Assembly: GCA_032718475.1 (NCBI GenBank)
Contig: JAUCBJ010002937.1
Span: forward strand, 62,001 to 126,000
DNA from: Nemertoderma westbladi
Lineage: Eukaryota > Animalia > Xenacoelomorpha
Direction: 5' to 3'
DNA length: 64,000 nucleotides
Below the pieces are notes generated by a model. The model saw only the letters and a list, made by a program, of their open reading frames with translations. It was not told the origin of the DNA and searched no databases. Made by a program: the position numbers and the translations under genes. Each line of letters begins with the position of its first letter. The first letter of the stretch is position 1. Shown piece by piece: positions 23,201-33,056 of this stretch.

Positions 23201-24472
23201 GGTCTTTTGCAGACATCCTCTTATGACATGACGCATCCTATCATCTTACCAACCTCACATCACCTGACAACCGTAATAATAAGAGATGTACACATCAATC
23301 ATGGACACATGGGTGTGGACTATACGATTAACAAGATTAGACAGAAATACTGGGTGCCTGCCCTTAGAAGGTTAGTGAAAACAATTATTAAACATTGCAT
23401 TCCGTGTAGAAAATGTTATGCCAAACCAGGACAACAGATGATGGCTCCTATTCCTATCGTGAGAACAATTGGCTACCTTCCGCCCTTTACCAATCTTGGT
23501 GTAGACCTATTCGGTCCCTTATACGTAACCAGGGGACGCGGATCCGACAAATGTTTTGGTGTACTTCTCACATGCATGAGTTCTAGAGCTGTGGTGTTAG
23601 ATTTATCACTTAACTACAGTGCAGACGCACTGCTGTGTGTGCTACGGCGTTTTATTTGTAACCACGCGGGAGTAGAGAACATTTACTCTGATCAAGGGAG
23701 TCATTTCGGTGGTAGTGAAACTGAGTTGGATAGACTCGCTATAGAAGCCCAGGAAGCTGGAATACCTCACGATATCATTGGAAAGATCACATGGTTCTTC
23801 CAAACCCCTACGGCCAGTCATCATGGGGGCGTATGGGAAAGGTTAATTAAAACTACGAAAAATACCTTTCGTGCACTTATGGAAGAACGGCACTCCCAAC
23901 ACAAACTAGTTTCTGAGGAAGTATTGCGAACCACCATGGCTGAAGTTCAATACCTTATCAACAACAGGCCTCTCTGTTCCCTTAATGATGACGTGACGTC
24001 AAACGAGGTATTGACCCCCAATCATCTCCTACTACGAAGGAAAACAACAGTACCGTCTTCAAATGAATTATTACACGAACTCTATGACGGACACGAACTG
24101 CATTACAAGAAAATGTGGAGGAAGTCCCAATATCTAGCTAGCCAATACTGGCGTATATGGCGTGAAACCTATATACAAAATCTCATGACGCGACAGAAGT
24201 GGCTCCAACCACACCGTAACTTCAAAGTAGGAGATATAGTCTTAGTGATTAACCCCGACACAAAACGCCACAATTGGCAGGTAGGACGTGTTACTGAGGT
24301 CTTACCGAGTGCAGATGGACTAATTCGCACTGTTCACGTGAGAACAAAGACATCCGTGTTATGCCGCCCTATACAAAAAATATGTTTATTGGAAATGGCA
24401 TTAGATGACTCTATGAAAAACATACCAGTAAATGACGACTCCCCTCACACTAAAAATTTGACTGGGGACTAA
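17249..24472 (+). CDS. BEL/Pao gag-pol polyprotein (2407 aa): coiled-coil/disordered N-terminus, Gag, Cys/His knuckles, protease, RT, RNase H, integrase
   Basis: PFTGDPKKF...LRYL (Gag, DUF1759-like); C..C...H....C clusters; ALLDEGS (protease); PGKLRMV, DVDAMFHQV, FYVDD (RT); HHFCDAS, IPKLELQAA, WSDS (Pao RNase H); GHMGV...CIPC, GVDLFGP, SDQG, GGVWERLI (integrase); LMTRQKW...VGDIVLV (DUF5641-like). Confidence 0.97.
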   Translation: MENRSRQGSVGGQSSQPSVVSNSSSTRSSRMRRIVDGKAAILAKRQAAEALRLSQQMERERVHVENELLIAQENTRIEDAERKAKRFAEDVKRAAEEDAIRAKEEAERIQQEARQRIQESKKKNEIYTRIRQFDDLRDLQQAQHQLQAEEYRQQLDIAELTAIERDTSVDLEALAIPSVQSTPFLDELVPNKIVGDPDHPIQAFNPATGIGLSNTNLTANHPIAVVDHPTVVSPIAANVTPSRSEQLSKQKLKFDQIHKHMATDSEEDSPSDLPPNHIKPQKTMIFHRVVGKNKVSMPSIPEDHPVTQQQLSEVLNGVKNSITELSRHMPTPLFPNKDSSLYRMNSETHLREQIYSQNLPRPTKPNRSTKSFSIPQTPLPNRSCVASAYGPSHYPHVRNACDQGKELNPRLLSSPIVIEKFHVPRGPCDSAFYARPRSTRQWAETQPVNSLVNGQYEGDHGREWSRDSVGGQTPYRAGEYDRQPHNQHGYRDRGDPDRDSSPHKPSDDGDLCDSDGHQSDNKPYVSSKSRKGHRGHPQPQLGTPCHHPTSTQQHALFEKLALSLEAPKLDPTPFTGDPKKFLGFKNRFITQVDAKEVPDDVKLRYLITYVWGEPLDMIEHYEGMVDGYAQAWSTLERLYGQPAKVMKAVVADVTRCRYPVASPKELLKYSHDVRRTMDILQSLNCYAYVNNPDFIQQIASNLSNVIRNRWATQVHEYRMRNGTDPGMPELVVFLDRETSIATCPLYGPQAASDILKCKMGDRFKGFFPRPSPESTPTSTMENFHIHDSPSADINVAEPPLGDDNYKGEQDSELDVNAMTADCLPCLCCNDKHPLTQCTRFQGYGSDACYDFVIEHKLCTLCLRKGHWRRKCRSKYRCNLNGCGKCHARVLHPEPGKTEEETDDLIRNYYALQRDSQSETSVKFSKFMAPINKPNHKLYKQVAAMASNHNVLTEAKAVFFRVVPLEVSSHTTGRKLTTFALLDEGSTGTFIDKVVGHYLGIETQYVDVSLNAILTQGDDKTIEQGSCIVRSIMKEGKINLDLHHVMLMSDLHLNYARPQKWSIDDLPYLKNINLKYPDVDIDRISMLIGINNPQAHKIIRSVWGPTPYDEANNPHAIKTPFGWTLVGPLINGLPKILVTSEDDKNDHIMEQQQPDVEFHTCTAIQSSSYDFVEQMEGAPQPCIWNLSKDTDDANYHFIDDSQTHLYADRGLDNVPTSNTICINHVECCPWKRDNCPDDIVTHNDLKRFWDSEAYSCPTEIATKSVQDRKCEKILQNTTKLINGHYYVGMLWIDHDKPLINNKSLAISRLRWIKRKLSKMPAAHQQYQSIFDDYEAKGYAKKLSLEEKMALNGPRTYYVPTHPVWNPNKPGKLRMVNNAALEYKGMSLNSNLMEGPNFYNSIIDVLLNFRLHRVVFACDVDAMFHQVRTYDYDSQSQNIIWWEGDTEPDSMVDYTVYQMQVAIFGATDSPCRATHGLRTTADDNRDKFPPEVITAIKEHFYVDDGLSGAETVEQAVKLALGVIDCLSLGGFNLAKFISNSKDFLEFIPLERRAQVDLDLAFDELPVARALGITWSPETDTFTFKPITKRHSPTKRGCLATVASIYDPLGLVAPVVLRGKQFLQRLWGLNLGWDEILDKELLEDWNLWYHQLQLLSHLHIQRHYFFDHLSNPDDTLQLHHFCDASLIGYSCISYIRKISSLGLITCSLIYAKTRTAPLKQVPIPKLELQAAVLLTQSHRQIISSIGPQIQSSNVVCWSDSKAVLFQLANEARRFETYVANRVEEIRRHTTPQQWRHIPGHKNPADIASRGSNPSDFVQTYQNPWFNGPLFLGQPETRWEEKLQIKNPMEHADPPANAGLKANKPKKLTKSKVIAATYITEPNKAIHNLLHRFSSFDLLKRVIARFLVKIEHIRRRSCQIRELIDDKQLFYKCWILAEAKALILLQSMTFRDVIDSVVAKRQHSLPRAFAILNPIVGTDGLLRMGSRLGLLQTSSYDMTHPIILPTSHHLTTVIIRDVHINHGHMGVDYTINKIRQKYWVPALRRLVKTIIKHCIPCRKCYAKPGQQMMAPIPIVRTIGYLPPFTNLGVDLFGPLYVTRGRGSDKCFGVLLTCMSSRAVVLDLSLNYSADALLCVLRRFICNHAGVENIYSDQGSHFGGSETELDRLAIEAQEAGIPHDIIGKITWFFQTPTASHHGGVWERLIKTTKNTFRALMEERHSQHKLVSEEVLRTTMAEVQYLINNRPLCSLNDDVTSNEVLTPNHLLLRRKTTVPSSNELLHELYDGHELHYKKMWRKSQYLASQYWRIWRETYIQNLMTRQKWLQPHRNFKVGDIVLVINPDTKRHNWQVGRVTEVLPSADGLIRTVHVRTKTSVLCRPIQKICLLEMALDDSMKNIPVNDDSPHTKNLTGD

Positions 24473-25649
24473 TAATATTACAAATTAGTAAATATGAAAG
24501 TCAAATTTCAGTGTTATTTTATTCCAATGTTGATTTACATTTTGGTAAGTCAGTTGTAAAAACTTAATAATAATTTGATTGGAAGGTTTGTTTTCAATAA
24601 TTAAAATATCTCAAAACCATGTCTGTCAAAACCATATTTGCTTATATAGAGCTAGTTTTTGCCTATAAGCAAACCAGGAAGATGTGACTAGATTTTACAA
24701 AATAATAATATTTCCACCAAATTATTATTAAGTGAAGTAAAGAATATGTGTTAACTAATAGCTAACATAATAAGACTATTTATTTAGATATCTCTTTGAA
24801 TTCTCTTTGGTGAGTATAAAGTTCAAACCTTCTTCCATACGTGGAACGTCCAACAACACCAGGTTAGCTAATCCGAACTGGACACCATATTTTCGTGTTT
24901 CGAAATGGCTATTGCGTCGATGTATGAACTCCTCAACAATTCGGAAATATCTTACGTTGCCTGGTCAATAAATTATATAATATTATCGCTCTGTCCTGTC
25001 GGATGGAATGTACGAACTACAGACAGAGTGGAAAAAATTAAAATATAAGTGCGGAATATTTAAATATAAAATCGCACGGCATTCGAGTGAAGTATATTAA
25101 TAATCATGAACCGCCTGAAATTGCTTCATCATCAAAACGAAATATAAATGTAAATAAATCTAAACCTTTACATTTATTGCAATTCCAATTTATTAATACA
25201 ATAAAATTACACAATTACGTAAGTTGCTTTCGAGCAATTGGTAACCTAATAATTATTTGGTATAACCTTTGTGCATATTTATTTTTATAAACACAACATT
25301 CCCGTAACACCTTACCACCCTGGTGTGTGACTATATTACTTATAAACTGAAAGAAAATTGTACATATATGCCTCAACTTTCAAGTGTTTTGTGTAGTCAT
25401 TTTTGCATAATGGTGAGTTATTTTTTCGTATTTGTGTAGTTATAAAGAAAATGAAGTATTTAGTTTGTTGTATTACTAACTAATAGGAAGTTATGTACGT
25501 ACAGATAGCAATATTTTTTTTAAACTGAAACTTTTCACGCTTCAGGTGCCTTTACTTAGATTCCAAGTGCAATTTATAGAGTATCAATATGTTATTTTGT
25601 GAAAGATATTTCCCATTTATTTATGTATGTAATTTTTTTTCTACACCGT

Positions 25650-25668
25650 AAAAAAAAAATTAGGGGAC
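25650..25668 (+). promoter_or_regulatory. Putative polypurine tract
   Basis: A10-TT-AGGGGAC immediately before the TG of the 3' LTR. Confidence 0.6.
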
Positions 25669-26053
25669 TGTATTCGAATCGATATACTTTTAGCATTTAG
25701 GACCTAATTATTGTTAACCCTCTTTTTTCTTTATCAGTAAAAGCCGTACCGGTAACAAGATTCATTGTTGCATTCTAAATATAGCAATCAGCCCTATGTG
25801 TAGAAGTTGTTTGTTTCCGTACCGGTAAAGTACCTATCTATATATATGGTGCCCTAACTTCACCATTTGTTACGAGATTCCGTTAACTGTTTATCTGTTT
25901 ATTGAGATTATTATTATATTATTATGTATTAACAACCTAATTTCTCTTCAACGAAATCTCCGTTAACATCTTGGCTTTACAGCTTTAGTCAATTCAGCAA
26001 TACGTCGACATTCAGATTAGGGAACCTCCGGTTTATGCCCGGTTATGCATACA
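25669..26053 (+). repeat. 3' LTR
   Basis: 385-bp direct repeat of 13857-14241 with no mismatches seen by eye. Confidence 0.95.
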
Positions 26054-27381
26054 GATCTGATTGCTGCAATAATTTCATCAGGAATCCCATATAATGAAAG
26101 TATGCTGAACATACGTGAGCGAGAGACTGAATCAAAGGCCTTGAAGAAGTCAACAAAGATAACAGCCAGATGCCTGTCTTTCTTTTTTGATAATTCTTCA
26201 ATTATCCTTCTAAGTGCCAAAATGGGCTCCATGGTCCCACGACCTTTACGGAACCCATTCTGATTTCCACGGAGCAGTCTCTCAATGGGATCCCTGATGC
26301 GATTTAATAGAATCCTATTGTATAGCTTTGCAGCAATCGAGATCAATGAGATTCCCCGAAAAGAACCATAGAGTGTTAGGTTGCCCTTCTTGGGAACTGG
26401 CACCAACTTATTTGTTTTCATTTCTTGTGGGACTCTTCTTGTTCGGTACATGTCTACTATGATGGGATAGATGCGCTTTAAACACTCAGGTATTTTAAAG
26501 ACCTCAGGGGGAACACCATCTACTCCACTGGCACGATTGGTCTTAATGCTCTTTGCAGCAGCCTTAACTTCTGCAAAGGAGATATCGCCAATGGGAATAT
26601 CTGGGAGTACAGACTCAGACACTTTTACTTCTATAAAGTTATCAGGCAATACCCTGTCATTATTGAGGAGCTTTTCAAAGTGGGCTTTCCAACCATTGAG
26701 GCGATCGGCTGGTGATTCAGCCTTAACCTTGGTGGTTGGTTGGCTTTTCCGCCCAGTAAGCAGATTGATCGATTTCCATGCCTGGGATGATTGCCTGCTG
26801 TCGTCAGCATCATTGATGGCATCAACCTGTTGGTTTATTAGCTCCTGTAGATTAACAGAGTACTGCCTGTTCAGGGACCTAGATGCAGCCTTAACTGCAT
26901 TCTTGGCCGCTGTAGTCTGTTTGAGTCGGGACTCTTTCTGCGCCTTATGAAGGTCATTTCGGCACTTCTGAATTTTGTTGTCAGTCCAGGGGGCCCTTTT
27001 CCTGTTTCGAGGGAATACAGGAACTGTTTCTGCAGCTGCTAACTTAACTGCTTCTGTAAAGGCAGTATAGCCCTCACAGTGATCTGCCGCCTCAGAGGCA
27101 AGAGCCTCATACCTGTTGCTCAGCTGTAGTGTGAAGCTGGATCTCACACTTGGCTGTTGCAACAGAGAGGACCAGTCATGCCGCGGCAAGGCAGATTTCG
27201 TTGTTCTGCTAGCACGCAGACTAAGTCTTACCTTGGCCACAATAAGGCGGTGATCACTGGAGAAGGGTCGAAGTGTAAATGCATTACAGTCTTGTATAGA
27301 GCTCCTGTATTTCCTACGAAACAGAATATGGTCTATCTGGGACTTGTGACCACTGGGTCCACTATGAGTCCATAGCTTTCC
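26054..27381 (-). pseudogene. RTE ORF piece 1: end of AP endonuclease, tether and start of RT
   Basis: SQIDHILF...SDHRLI (APE C-terminus); ASGVDGVPPE, PVPKKG...FRGISL, QNGFRKGRGT, FVDFFKAFDSV (RT). Confidence 0.93.
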
Positions 27382-30300
27382 AGCCAATAAGGTCAGACTC
27401 TGTTAGAGCCAGTAAGGTCAGCCTCTGTTAGAGCCAGTAACTTCAGCCTCTGTTAGAGCCAGTAAGGTAAACCTCTGTTAGAGCCAGTAAGGTCAGCCTC
27501 TGTTAGAGCCAGTAAGGTAGCCACTGTTAGAGCCAGTAAGGTAGCCACTCACTGTTAGAGCCAGTAAGGTCAGCCTCTGTTAGAGCCAGTAAGGTAGCCA
27601 CTGTTAGAGCCAGTAAGGTCAGCCTCTGTTAGAGCCAGTAAGGTAGCCACTGTTAGAGCCAGAAAGGTAGCCACTGTTAGAGCCAGTAAGGTCAGCCTCT
27701 GTTAAAGCCAATACGGTCAGACTCTGTTAGAGCCAGTAAGGTCAACCTCTGTTAGCGTCAGTAAGGTCAGCCTCTGTTAGAGCCAGTAAGGTCAGCCTCT
27801 GTTAGAGCCAGTAACGTCAGCCTCTGTTAGAGCCAGTAAGGTCAACCTCTGTTAGAGTCAGTATGGTCAGCCTCTGTTAGAGCCAGTAAGGTCAGCCTCT
27901 GTTAGAACCAGTAACATCAGCCTCTGTTAGAGCCAGTAAGGTCAGCCTCTGTTAGAGCCAGTAAGGTCAGCCTCTGTTAGAGCCAATAAGGTAGCCACTG
28001 TTAGAGCCAGTAAGGTCAGCCTCTGTTAGAGCCAGTAAGCTCAACCTCTGTTAGAGCCAGTAAGGTCAGCCTCTGTTAGAGCCAGTAAGGTAGCCACTGT
28101 TAGAGCCAGTAAGGTAGCCACTCACTGTTAGAGCCAGTAAGGTCAGCCTCTGTTAGAGCCAGTAAGGTAGCCACTGTTAGAGCCAGTAAGGTCAGCCTTA
28201 GTTAGAGCCAGTAAGGTAGCCAGTGTAAGAGCCAGAAAGGTAGCCACTGTTAGAGCCAGTAAGGTCAGCCTCTGTTAAAGCCAATAAGGTCAGACTCTGT
28301 TAGAGCCAGTAAGGTCAACCTCTGTTAGCATCAGTAAGGTGGTCAGCCTCTGTTAGAGCCAGTAAGGTCAGCCTCTGTTAGAGCCAGTAACGTCAGCCTC
28401 TGTTAGAGCCAGTAAGGTCAACCTCTGTTAGAGTCAGTATGGTCAGCCTCTGTTAGAGCCAGTTAGGTCAGCCTCTGTTAGAGCCAGTAACATCAGCCTC
28501 TGTTAGAGCCAGTAAGGTCAGCCTCTGTTAGAGCCAGTAAGGTCAGCCTCTGTTAGAGCCAATAAGGTAGCCACTGTTAGAGCCAGTAAGGTCAGCCTCT
28601 GTTAGAGCCAGTAAGGTCAGCCTCTGTTAGAGCCAGTAAGGTAGCCACTGTTAGAGCCAGTAAGGTAGCCACTCACTGTTAAGGCCAGTAAGGTCAGCCT
28701 CTGTTAGAGCCAGTAAGGTAGCCACTGTTAGAGCCAGTAAGGTCAGCCTTAGTTAGAGCCAGTAAGGTAGCCACTGTTAGAGCCAGAAAGGTAGCCACTG
28801 TTAGAGCCAGTAAGGTCAGCCTCTGTTAAAGCCAATAAGGTCAGACTCTGTTAGAGCCAGTAAGGTCAACCTCTGTTAGCATCAGTAAGGTCAGCCTCTG
28901 TTAGAGCCAGTAAGGTCAGCCTCTGTTAGAGCCAGTAACGTCAGCCTCTGTTAGAGCCAGTAAGGTCAACCTCTGTTAGAGTCAGTATGGTCAGCCTCTG
29001 TTAGAGCCAGTAAGGTCAGCCTCTGTTAGAGCCAGTAACGTCAGCCTCTGTTAGAGCCAGTAAGGTCAGCCTCTGTTAGAGCCAGTAAGGTAGCCACTGT
29101 TAGAGCCAGTAAGGTAGCCACTGTTAGAGCCAGAAAGGTAGCCACTGTTAGAGCCAGTAAGGTCAGCCTCTGTTAGAGCCAGTAAGGTAGCCACTCACTG
29201 TTAGAGCCAGTAAGGTCAGCCTCTGTTAGAGCCAGTTAGGTCAGCCTCTGTTAGAGCCAGTAAGGTAGCCACTGTTAGAGTCAGTAAGGTCAGCCTCTGT
29301 TAGAGCCAGTAAGGTAGCCACTCACTGTTAGAGCCAGTAAGGTCAGCCTCTGTTAGAGCCAGTAAGGTAGCCACTGTTAGAGCCAGTAAGGTAGCCACTG
29401 TTAGAGCCAGTAAGGTAGCCATTGTTAGAGCCAGTAATGTCAGCCTCTGTTAAGCCAATAAGGTCAGACTCTGTTAGAGCCAGTAAGGTCAACCTCTGTT
29501 AGAGTCAGTAAGGTCAGCCTCTGTTAGAGCCAGTAAGGTCAGCCTCTGTTAGAGCCAGTAACATCAGCCTCTGTTAGAGCCAGTAAGGTCAACCTCTGTT
29601 AGAGCAAGTAAGGTCAGCCTCTGTTAGAGCCAATAAGGTCAGCCTCTGTTAAAGCCAATAAGGTCAGACTCTGTTAGAGCCAGTAAGGTCAGCCTCTGTA
29701 AGAGCCAGTAACTTCAGCCTCTGTTAGAGCCAGTAAAGTAAACCTCTGTTAGAGCCAGTAAGGTCAGCCTCTGTTTGAGCCAGTAAGGTAGCCACTGTTA
29801 GAGCCAGTAAGGTCAGCCTCTGTTAGAGCCAGTAACGTCAGCCTCTGTTAGAGCCAGTAAGGTCAACCTCTGTTAGAGTCAGTATGGTCAGCCTCTGTTA
29901 GAGCCAGTAAGGTCAGCCTCTGTTAGAGCCAGTAACGTCAGCCTCTGTTAGAGCCAGTAAGGTCAGCCTCTGTTAGAGCCAGTAAGGTAGCCACTGTTAG
30001 AGCCAGTAAGGTAGCCACTGTTAGAGCCAGAAAGGTAGCCACTGTTAGAGCCAGTAAGGTCAGCCTCTGTTAAAGCCAATAAGGTCAGACTCTGTTAGAG
30101 CCAGTAAGGTCAACCTCTGTTAGAGTCAGTAAGGTCAGCCTCTGTTAGAGCCAGTAAGGTCAGCCTCTGTTAGAGCCAGTAACATCAGCCTCTGTTAGAG
30201 CCAGTAAGGTCAACCTCTGTTAGAGCAAGTAAGGTCAGCCTCTGTTAGAGCCAATAAGGTCAGCCTCTGTTAAAGCCAATAAGGTCAGACTCTGTTAGAG

Positions 30301-32641
30301 CCAGTAAGGTCAGCCTCTGTAAGAGCCAGTAACTTCAGCCTCTGTTAGAGCCAGTAAAGTAAACCTCTGTTAGAGCCAGTAAGGTCAGCCTCTGTTTGAG
30401 CCAGTAAGGTAGCCACTGTTAGAGCCAGTAAGGTAGCCACTCACTGTTAGAGCCAGTAAGGTCAGCCTCTGTTAGAGCCAGTAAGGTAGCCACTGTTAGA
30501 GCCAGTAAGGTCAGCCTCTGTTAGAGCCAGTAAGGTAGCCACTGTTAGAGCCAGAAAGGTAGCCACTGTTAGAGCCAGTAAGGTCAGCCTCTGTTAAAGC
30601 CAATAAGGTCAGACTCTGTTAGAGCCAGTAAGGTCAACCTCTGTTAGCGTCAGTAAGGTCAGCCTCTGTTAGAGCCAGTAAGGTCAGCCTCTGTTAGAGC
30701 CAGTAACGTCAGCCTCTGTTAGAGCCAGTAAGGTCAACCTCTGTTAGAGTCAGTATGGTCAGCCTCTGTTAGAGCCAGTAAGGTCAGCCTCTGTTAGAGC
30801 CAGTAACGTCAGCCTCTGTTAGAGCCAGTAAGGTCAGCCTCTGTTAGAGCCAGTAAGGTAGCCACTGTTAGAGCCAGTAAGGTAGCCACTGTTAGAGCCA
30901 GAAAGGTAGCCACTGTTAGAGCCAGTAAGGTCAGCCTCTGTTAAAGCCAATAAGGTCAGACTCTGTTAGAGCCAGTAAGGTCAACCTCTGTTAGAGTCAG
31001 TAAGGTCAGCCTCTGTTAGAGCCAGTAAGGTCAGCCTCTGTTAGAGCCAGTAACATCAGCCTCTGTTAGAGCCAGTAAGGTCAACCTCTGTTAGAGCAAG
31101 TAAGGTCAGCCTCTGTTAGAGCCAATAAGGTCAGCCTCTGTTAAAGCCAATAAGGTCAGACTCTGTTAGAGCCAGTAAGGTCAGCCTCTGTTAGAGTCAG
31201 TAAGGTCAGCCTCTGTTAGAGCCAGTAAGGTCAGCCTCTGTTAGAGCCAGTAAGGTAGCCACTGTTAGAGCCAGTAAGGTAGCCACTGTTAGAGCCAGTA
31301 AGGTAGCCACTGTTAGAGCCAGTAAGGTCAACCTCTGTTAGAGCCAGCAAGGTCAACCTCTGTTAGAGTCAGTAAGGTCAGCCTCTGTTAGAGCCAGTAA
31401 CTTCAGCCTCTGTTAGAGCCAGTAAGGTAAACCTCTGTTAGAGCCAGTAAGGTCAGCCTCTGTTAGAGCCAGTAAGGTAGCCACTGTTAGAGCCAGTAAG
31501 GTAGCCACTCACTGTTAGAGCCAGTAAGGTCAGCCTCTGTTAGAGCCAGTAAGGTAGCCACTGTTAGAGCCTGTAAGGTCAGCCTCTGTTAGAGCCAGTA
31601 AGGTCAGCCTCTGTTAGAGCCAGTAAGGTAGCCACTGTTAGAGCCAGTAAGGTAGCCACTCACTGTTAGAGCCAGTAAGGTCAGCCTCTGTTAGAGCCAG
31701 TAAGGTAGCCACTGTTAGAGCCAGTAAGGTCAGCCTCTGTTAGAGCCAGTAAGGTAGCCACTGTTAGAGCCAGAAAGGTAGCCTCTGTTAGAGCCAGTAA
31801 GGTAAACCTCTGTTAGAGCCAGTAAGGTCAGCCTCTGTTAGAGCCAGTAAGGTAGCCACTGTTAGAGCCAGTAAGGTAGCCACTGTTAGAGCCAGAAAGG
31901 TCAGCCTCTGTTAGAGCCAGTAAGGTAGCCACTGTTAGAGCCAGAAAGGTAGCCTCTGTTAGAGCCAGTAAGGTAAACCTCTGTTAGAGCCAGTAAGGTC
32001 AGCCTCTGTTAGAGCCAGTAAGGTAGCCACTGTTAGAGCCAGTAAGGTCAGCCTCTGTTAGAGCCAGTAAGGTCAGCCTCTGTTAGAGCCAGTAAGGTAG
32101 CCTCTGTTAGAGCCAGAAAGGTAGCCTCTGTTAGAGCCAGAAAGGTAGCCTCTGTTAGAGCCAGTAAGGTAGCCTCTGTTAGAGCCAGAAAGGTAGCCTC
32201 TGTTAGAGCCAGAAAGGTAGCCTCTGTTAGAGCCAGTAAGGTAGCCTCTGTTAGAGCCAGTAAGGTAGCCACTGTTAGAGCCAGTAAGGTCAGCCTCTGT
32301 TAGAGCCAGTAAGGTAGCCACTCACTGTTAGAGCCAGTAAGGTCAACCTCTGTTAGAGCCAGTAAGGTAGCCACTGTTAGAGCCAGTAAGGTAGCCTCTG
32401 TTAGAGCCAGTAAGGTAGCCACTGTTAGAGCCAGTAAGGTCAGCCACTGTTAGAGCCAGTAAGGTCAGCCTCTGTTAGAGCCAGTAAGGTAGCCACTGTT
32501 AGAGCCAGTAAGGTAGCCACTGTTAGAGCCAGTAAGGTAGCCTCTGTTAGAGCCAGTAAGGTAGCCACTGTTAGAGCCAGTAAGGTCAGCCTCTGTTAGA
32601 GCCAGTAAGGTAGCCACTCACTGTTAGAGCCAGTAAGGTCA
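27382..32641. repeat. Satellite A (block 4)
   Basis: Same monomers; resumes in register after the TSD. Confidence 0.98.
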
Positions 32642-32978
32642 ATAATTTCTAACGGGTTGTTCTCCGGAAGTGCTGCCATCTGACATCATACAATACGTAG
32701 AAGAAGAAATAAAGATTTCAGTTGATTGTGTAAAGATAACAAGGGATTACGTCAAATCACACGCATCGTTCGTTATTACTTGTAAAGTCGGGGACGTGGA
32801 AGCCCTCATGTCATCTGACAATTGGCCTGAGAACTGTCGAATACGGCCGTACGAAGGGTATATACCAGGGTGGGCTATGAGACAACTGCCACACACGAAT
32901 CGCACCGAAGGTGGAAGTCCGAGGAGTTCGGGTGTTCCCGATACGGCAGCGGCGGGATCAGATGTTTCACTAGCGTGA
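32642..32978 (+). pseudogene. C-terminal part of LINE ORF1 (RRM-like)
   Basis: ...SHASFVITC...LMSSDNWPENCRIRPY resembles the SF...WP....R motif of LINE ORF1 proteins. It is truncated at the satellite junction. Confidence 0.65.
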
Positions 32979-33056
32979 AGCGCGTCATCGTTTTTTTAAT
33001 CACAGTAATTTTTGTTACATTTTGTTAATATTTAATATTTTTATAATCTTTACAAT

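Larger units (their letters stand above)
13857..26053 (+). mobile_element. Full-length BEL/Pao LTR retrotransposon
   Basis: Two direct LTRs starting TGT, a gag-pol ORF with BEL domain order, a purine tract before the 3' LTR and a flanking duplication of RTE sequence. Confidence 0.97.
10271..27381 (-). mobile_element. 5'-truncated RTE-clade LINE split into three pieces by nested insertions
   Basis: TSD AGCCAATAA (10262-10270 and 27382-27390). (TAG)n 3' tail at 10271-10282. The RTE-type EN/RT frame is spread over 26054-27381, 13731-13856 and 10313-11216. Confidence 0.93.

Noticed and set aside
24473-25650. env-like gene downstream of BEL pol
   Set aside because: Only a 67-codon AT-rich ORF with a non-ATG start and no recognisable features.
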